Source: Podarcis gaigeae
Taxonomy: Eukaryota
Strand: one strand, 5' to 3'
NCBI GenBank assembly: GCA_964106915.2
Contig: OZ066919.1
DNA length: 64,000 bases
The position numbers were made by a program, and so were the translations under genes. Each line of letters starts with the position of its first letter. Position 1 is the stretch's first letter. A model generated the notes under the pieces. It did not search any database. It had not been told where the DNA came from and saw nothing but the letters and a program-made list of their open reading frames with translations. Positions 58,266 to 64,000 of the stretch are shown here, in pieces.

Positions 58266-60304
58266 TTTACTATGTGCCACTTTTCACATGGGTTGAAGCT
58301 TGTGGATCCTTTACAAATAAATAATCACACATCTCAACATAGTCTAGCCTAGACTATGTTAAGAATATGCATAACTAGCCAGACCATATTGGTCAAGGAA
58401 GGGGTATAGGTGGAACACCAAGGTAAGTTGATTAAATGCATTCTGAACTACTGATACCACCTGAACACATCCAAAATTAATTATAGATGTAAAAGCATTC
58501 TCAAGCTGTGCATTTGCAAGTTAATTTACCCTCTGGTAATAGCCCTCTCCCAGGAGCTTTTTTAGTAAGAGGGTGGCACCAAAGCTTCGCAGAGGAATTA
58601 CACTGAATATTTGCCATCTGTTTTCACAAACTAAGATTTAAAAAGGCCCTCTGGATATGCAAAACACAAAGAGAATGTGATTGTAAATGCAAAACACAAA
58701 ACAAAAAGAGAATGTGAATACCATAAGGCACACAGGACCCGATAGAGATTGAGGCAATTCTTTAAGCATCAGTTCAATTGAAGCAATATGACAACCACTC
58801 AATCACACACATCAAGTCAGCTTTCTGATGCTATTGCGTATCTGCAGTAGTTCAATCAGATAATGCATGTCAATGTGATTGTCATGAGTTCCTTTATTTG
58901 CAAAGCAATATAGATTTCTTCTTTAAGCATGCAGCCTGTGGTATCTATCCCCAACCAAAAGGCCTTGTTGAAAATGGAGTATGACTAGTTAAGAAACTAC
59001 TCCCCACCCCGGGGGAAAAAAATAGTGACTGACTCAAATTTATTTGGCCTTTCTTAATTACAGGGTTAGTTCCATGCAACACTGCATTTCCTCAACAAGC
59101 AGCTTTGAACAGAAAGCTCAAAGCACTACTGATTGGACACCAATCACAATCAGGACTGACATTCTGTGACTTGCCAGTTGTTGCAAACTCTTCTGCACTA
59201 AGATTAAGTTATTAAAATGTGCGTGGTTGGTTAATGTGCAAGATTCATACAAACCAACTGTTACTTTTAGTGAGTTTGGTGTACTTTTTCACAGCTGGAA
59301 AACATTACCTTTATTATGACTTGAAATCATCTTGCTGTGCAGTGTACTATATAATATCCATATAGTGTGAATGTATGGGCTGCACTTTCAGATAATTGTA
59401 GTTACAGCTAAGTTACACCCTTCACTGAAATTTATCTCAAAAATATTATTTCCCATATAAAGATTGATCTCTGTGTAGGGAAAAACATGAACTAACTGCA
59501 GGGAACTGAAATAAAGTATGTTGCATCAGTGTAAATATCAGCACTAGACAGGGCTTGTGTTTTAATAAACGGGCTGTGTCACAAAAGAGCCAGCAGTTTT
59601 GCCAAAATTTATTGAAAAACAATATTCTACAGTGTAACCTTTATTAAGCACGGTAGCTAGAAGAGGAAAACGCTGAAATCCTTGGTACATTCAGAGTAAT
59701 CTGCCCTGTAACTATATTTAAATCAAAATCACATAAAGTAACAGAATTTAGACTAAAATTTAAAAGCTATATTGTAGGAAATGCACATTGAAGCATGTAT
59801 TCTCCAAGATATGCACCCATTAGGTGGCAAAACACATCTCTCTCCTGCATCTGATGGGAAAAGCAAATTCTAGCAACCAACTGTAAACTTCAGACTGTCC
59901 TTACCCCTTGCTTGGTGAATATGCTGGTATAAAAAGCTGTCTGTGTACATGATAAGAAGGTAAATATAAGCTTCAGGAAAGGTCTGAGACAAGGCTAGAA
60001 TCCCATTCTCCTGCACCCATAGTCCAATTTTCCAGCTAGTAAGCTATAGTCTAGCCACATTAATGTCAGAAGGAAGTCTGCAAATAATATTAAAGAAAAT
60101 ACATGAAAAAGGGGGCCTTGTCCAAAAGGAAGAGGTCTGATTTTCAGTCCAGTCCATTGGGAGAAAGGGTCACTGGTGAAGTTTCTGAAACCTGTTGTTT
60201 GCCATCTACTTAGTTCTTGAGTTTTCTTTGCTCATTTTTTCCCATCCCATCTTTCCAACTTTGGTGTGTTCTAGGTTTGATTCCCCAGCCTCAGAGCTCC
60301 TCTT

Positions 60305-60425
60305 TGTTTATTTAATGTATTCATATCTCGTATTTTTCTCAAGGACCTCAAGGTGCTCCTCATTAAATCCCACAACAACCCTGTGAGGTAGGTTAGGCTG
60401 AGAAGGAAATGACTGGCAGAAGGTC
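60305..60425 (-). mobile_element. MIR/CORE-like SINE fragment
   Basis: CCCACAACAACCCTGTGAGGTAGG core in antisense orientation. Confidence 0.6.
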
Positions 60426-61608
60426 AAGTCTTAACACTGTTGTAATAGGGTCTCAGGTTCCTTTAGCTCTGCTAAATCCGGACAACTCTTAACACAGAGA
60501 TGTTATCATAGTTCGCTTGCCATTTTAACATTGCCATGACGTCAGCTGTGCAGCAACATGAGTGCCAGTGTGTGTTTAGAACTTGTGTGCTGTAGAGCTG
60601 GCACAAGAAGCCACCGCTGTCAGATTTGCATGGTAATTACATTCTATATACTTAACACTGAACTCACCAAGTGCCTCTGAGGCTTTGACGGGGTACTGGC
60701 TTCTATAACTTCCTGACCTAATTAGTCATGACAAATGTGTGTGCGTGCTTGGTTTGGGGTTTTTCTTTTCTTTCCTTCTAGGGTTTGCCTGCGTTAGAGA
60801 GCTCCTGAAGCCGTAGCCTCAAATAATATTTGTTAAAACACAACATTAGTTTAGATCTACAAATAAATATTATAAGAAGTCCGAACTTTTCCCAACGTAT
60901 GCGCTATGCAGTGTTTGTGTCTAATGCAATGGTGCTTAAACTCTGAAAACAGAGCTGCCCCACATGAAGCTGAGGATTAAAGCAATCTCCTTACAACTGA
61001 GCTGTATTATTTTGTAAGTGCTCACTGTTCCTGAGATGCATTCCTCTGCAGTCATGCTGGACTTCCTTTCAAAACCTCTTTCAGTTCTCACAGCAATGCA
61101 ATGCCTTTGATGGAGATCTCATCACAAATGAGGTAAGCTTGAAGACAGTTTCTTGTCGTATTCCTAATTAGTGCACTCTTGTTTTTTTAAGACCTCTCAT
61201 TTCTGTAATACGATGTGTGTCAAAACTGGATGTGTTTGGATTTTAACATATAAGGTACCATAAGCTGCTCTTAAATCTGATAACGAATAAAAATATATTT
61301 ATAAAAGCAAAATCGCAGTATAAAACAAAGATAAGAGCACTGTAGGCTGTTAAATCAGCCATCATGCAAGTGGTAAACATTAAAAACATATCTGTACGCT
61401 TTGGTGTGACCAGGAAAAGTCATGTTTATGTATTTATAGGCCGCCTTTCTGTCTTACCCCTCTGAATAAGTTGTTAAATAGACAAAACAGCTAACAAGTT
61501 TGATCTGAAATACAAAGAATGGATTCTGATCATCTACATATTTATTAGATGCTATTTATGGTGACCTCATCTAACAGCAGCAATTCCTCTAAAACAGAAT
61601 TGGTGAAA

Positions 61609-61808
61609 NNNNNNNNNNNNNNNNNNNNNNNNNNNNNNNNNNNNNNNNNNNNNNNNNNNNNNNNNNNNNNNNNNNNNNNNNNNNNNNNNNNNNNNNNNNN
61701 NNNNNNNNNNNNNNNNNNNNNNNNNNNNNNNNNNNNNNNNNNNNNNNNNNNNNNNNNNNNNNNNNNNNNNNNNNNNNNNNNNNNNNNNNNNNNNNNNNNN
61801 NNNNNNNN
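61609..61808. other. Assembly gap (200 N)
   Basis: Run of exactly 200 N, probably a fixed-size scaffolding gap; true distance unknown. Confidence 0.98.
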
Positions 61809-63369
61809 AGCATTTGATGAATTTAATTTAGCATTTGAGTGTACAGCATACCTGAGAAGGTAAGGGTAGTGGCTGCCAAAAGCTGCCCAGTGCATCCTGG
61901 ACCCAAGTCGTGGCGTGAATCCAGGTGGTTTTGGCAACCTTTCCACACTAGTTTCTGAACCTTTAGAATAAAAGATGTTAGTAGTTACAGGTCACCATGT
62001 CACTGTGTTACAGCTGTTTGAAAAGTTTCCAGTGCCAGTATTCCTTCATCTGAAAAGAATGCATGACGTTTGAAGATGGTCAGTTCTTGCCTCTGGTACT
62101 GGAGAAGTTCACCCCATTGTTCCTAAAACCATGTGTGACCTAGAGCAGTACAGATTACTTGCTGAACCACATTTAGCTTTATATGTCAATCATTTAAAAA
62201 CGTGTGATAGTTTCCCTATGCCAAAATGGGATGCAGACATGGCTGAATGAAGACATGCCCTCGGGCCCATTTGGCTGGCTAGCTACATGTCAGTGATAAC
62301 ATTAACCTAGCAAAATGCTACCCATAGGTCAAGGTGAGGAAAGTTGTGGGTGTTGTTGGACTGCAACTCCCATCATCCCTGTCCATTGGCCATTCTGGCT
62401 GAGACTGATGGGAATTGGAGTCCAACAACATCTGGAGGGCCACAAGTTGTGGAGGGCCACAGTTGTGAAAACAAGAGGCATCTTTGTTCCAATTAATGAA
62501 GGTCACAAACGTTTTAGGTGCTGCTTCTGCTGCCCCAATCTGATATAACAACAAGCTCTCCTCAGTTCTAGCCACTAAATACAAGCTCTCAATGGTTACT
62601 CTCATTTTACACGCATACATATAGATAAATAATTTTATTTGTGTGGCACCTTTCCACACCATACGGTGGCCTACAACATGAAAAAATACATAACTACAGC
62701 ATAACAAAAGTAGTCATAAAATAAAACATAAAAAATGCACAACCAAATCAAAGAATTTACATCAGTGCAATGTTGCATTTGACCCCATGTTTCCGCACCT
62801 CCAAACTATGTTTAGATATTGGGAGCTGGAGAAGGTGGGTAAATAAATGAATGTACAAGCCCCCATTCTCTGCTTCCTCGCAATTTTAGCCGAATCATGC
62901 CTACATAGACTTCCAAAAACAAACTAAGGGGTCGTCACAAAGTTGGGAAGAAAGGCCACATCTATCCCGCCCCTAATTAAGGCACAGGTTCAGATGATTA
63001 TTTACTGATTTCTCACCCTTTGCCTTAAGGCCCCACGATGGGTTCCAACATCAAAGCAATGTTAAAAATGGTCTAAAGCAACTTACAATAATTAAAAAAA
63101 TAAGGTGGGATCTAAAAATATATACACCTCAAGTGTCAAAAGGCAGGATAAAGAGGTGCATCTTTGGAATCTTCCGGAAGCTGTATTATGAAGAAGCCAC
63201 CACAAAGAATGCCCTCTCCCAGGCCACCCCTACCCTGAGCCTCTGAGGGCAGAGGAACTAGCAAGAGGTCCCAAGAGGATCTGTGAGGAAGGGGGGACTT
63301 TAGCATGCAGCCCACTAGCTGGAATTGATCCCTTTACAGAATTTGAAAGGGATCTATTCTATTTGAAAG

Positions 63370-63540
63370 CAGTGTTTTTTTTCTGGGGGGCATGCAGGGG
63401 TACGCATACCCCTAAACAGTTAGTGAATCTATGTACTTTTGTCCATTAACTGTATTTATTTCCCCCCATCTGAACTATAAAATGGTGAGTCAAAATGAGA
63501 GTACCTCTAAACATTTTTTTAGGAGGGGAGGAAAGCACTG
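63370..63540. mobile_element. Probable short DNA-transposon-derived element
   Basis: Ends CAGTGTTTT / AAAGCACTG, sub-terminal TACCCCTAAACA / TACCTCTAAACA repeats; no clear TSD. Confidence 0.45.
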
Positions 63541-64000
63541 AAAAGGAGTATTCTCTTTGAAGGGCTATCAGGCCCAAGTGAGGAGTAAAGATAAAAAGAA
63601 CCCTAAGGAGGGATAAGCTGCGGTCTTGAAGCCACCCCTCACAGCACCATTTTGGCAGTGAAGTGAGGCTCACAGGTGACTTGGTTACAACATTATGGCC
63701 TCCATTGCTAAAGGAGCTATGCCTTTAAATATCACTCGCTTGAGAGTCACAGGTGAGAGAATTAGTACTGTACTTAGTTTCCACACAGGCGTCTGGTTGG
63801 CCACTGTGATAAAAGGCTTCTAGGCTTGCTAGGCCTTTGGCCTGGTTCAGCAAAGCTCTTTTTCTGTTCTTCCACAGTATGGTGAGTTATCTTGTATTTA
63901 TCTTTAAATTATGGAAATTGTTTCAGAATGTTCATCTTTACAGATAAATGAGCAGTTGTACATTTTATGAAAACCTGTGTGGGGTTTTGTTTTTTGTTTT

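Noticed and set aside
61545-61946. Long ORFs spanning the N run
   Set aside because: Artefacts of the 200-N gap
1-64000. CRISPR arrays, operons, prokaryotic defence or phage systems, endogenous viral ORFs
   Set aside because: The sequence is a spliced vertebrate gene locus; no regularly spaced repeat-spacer array, long intronless foreign ORF or LTR pair was seen

Overview
Vertebrate (squamate) genomic DNA. The Sauria-SINE, Penelope and MITE content points to a lacertid lizard, but the species cannot be determined from sequence alone. The window holds essentially the whole coding region of a Rho GTPase-activating protein gene, ARHGAP29 (PARG1 family: F-BAR + C1 + RhoGAP + C-terminal PDZ ligand), on the + strand. 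I could thread 23 GT-AG coding exons in phase from ATG 2236 to TAG 56319 (4092 nt, 1363 aa; 1326 aa without a candidate extra 111-nt cassette exon). The promoter and first non-coding exon are upstream of the window. Introns and the 3' flank carry four Sauria SINEs with TSDs, several Tc1/mariner and hAT MITEs, L2/CR1/RTE LINE relics, microsatellites and a 200-N assembly gap. I found no evidence of a new multi-gene system. The best second-look items are: a minimal type I hammerhead ribozyme in a 92-bp Penelope-like insert antisense in intron 1; the extra symmetric exon; tandem uORFs; an AG|GT site duplicated by a SINE insertion; and a 15-nt-spaced acceptor ladder. Repeat family names and comparisons with human proteins are from recall, not from database searches.
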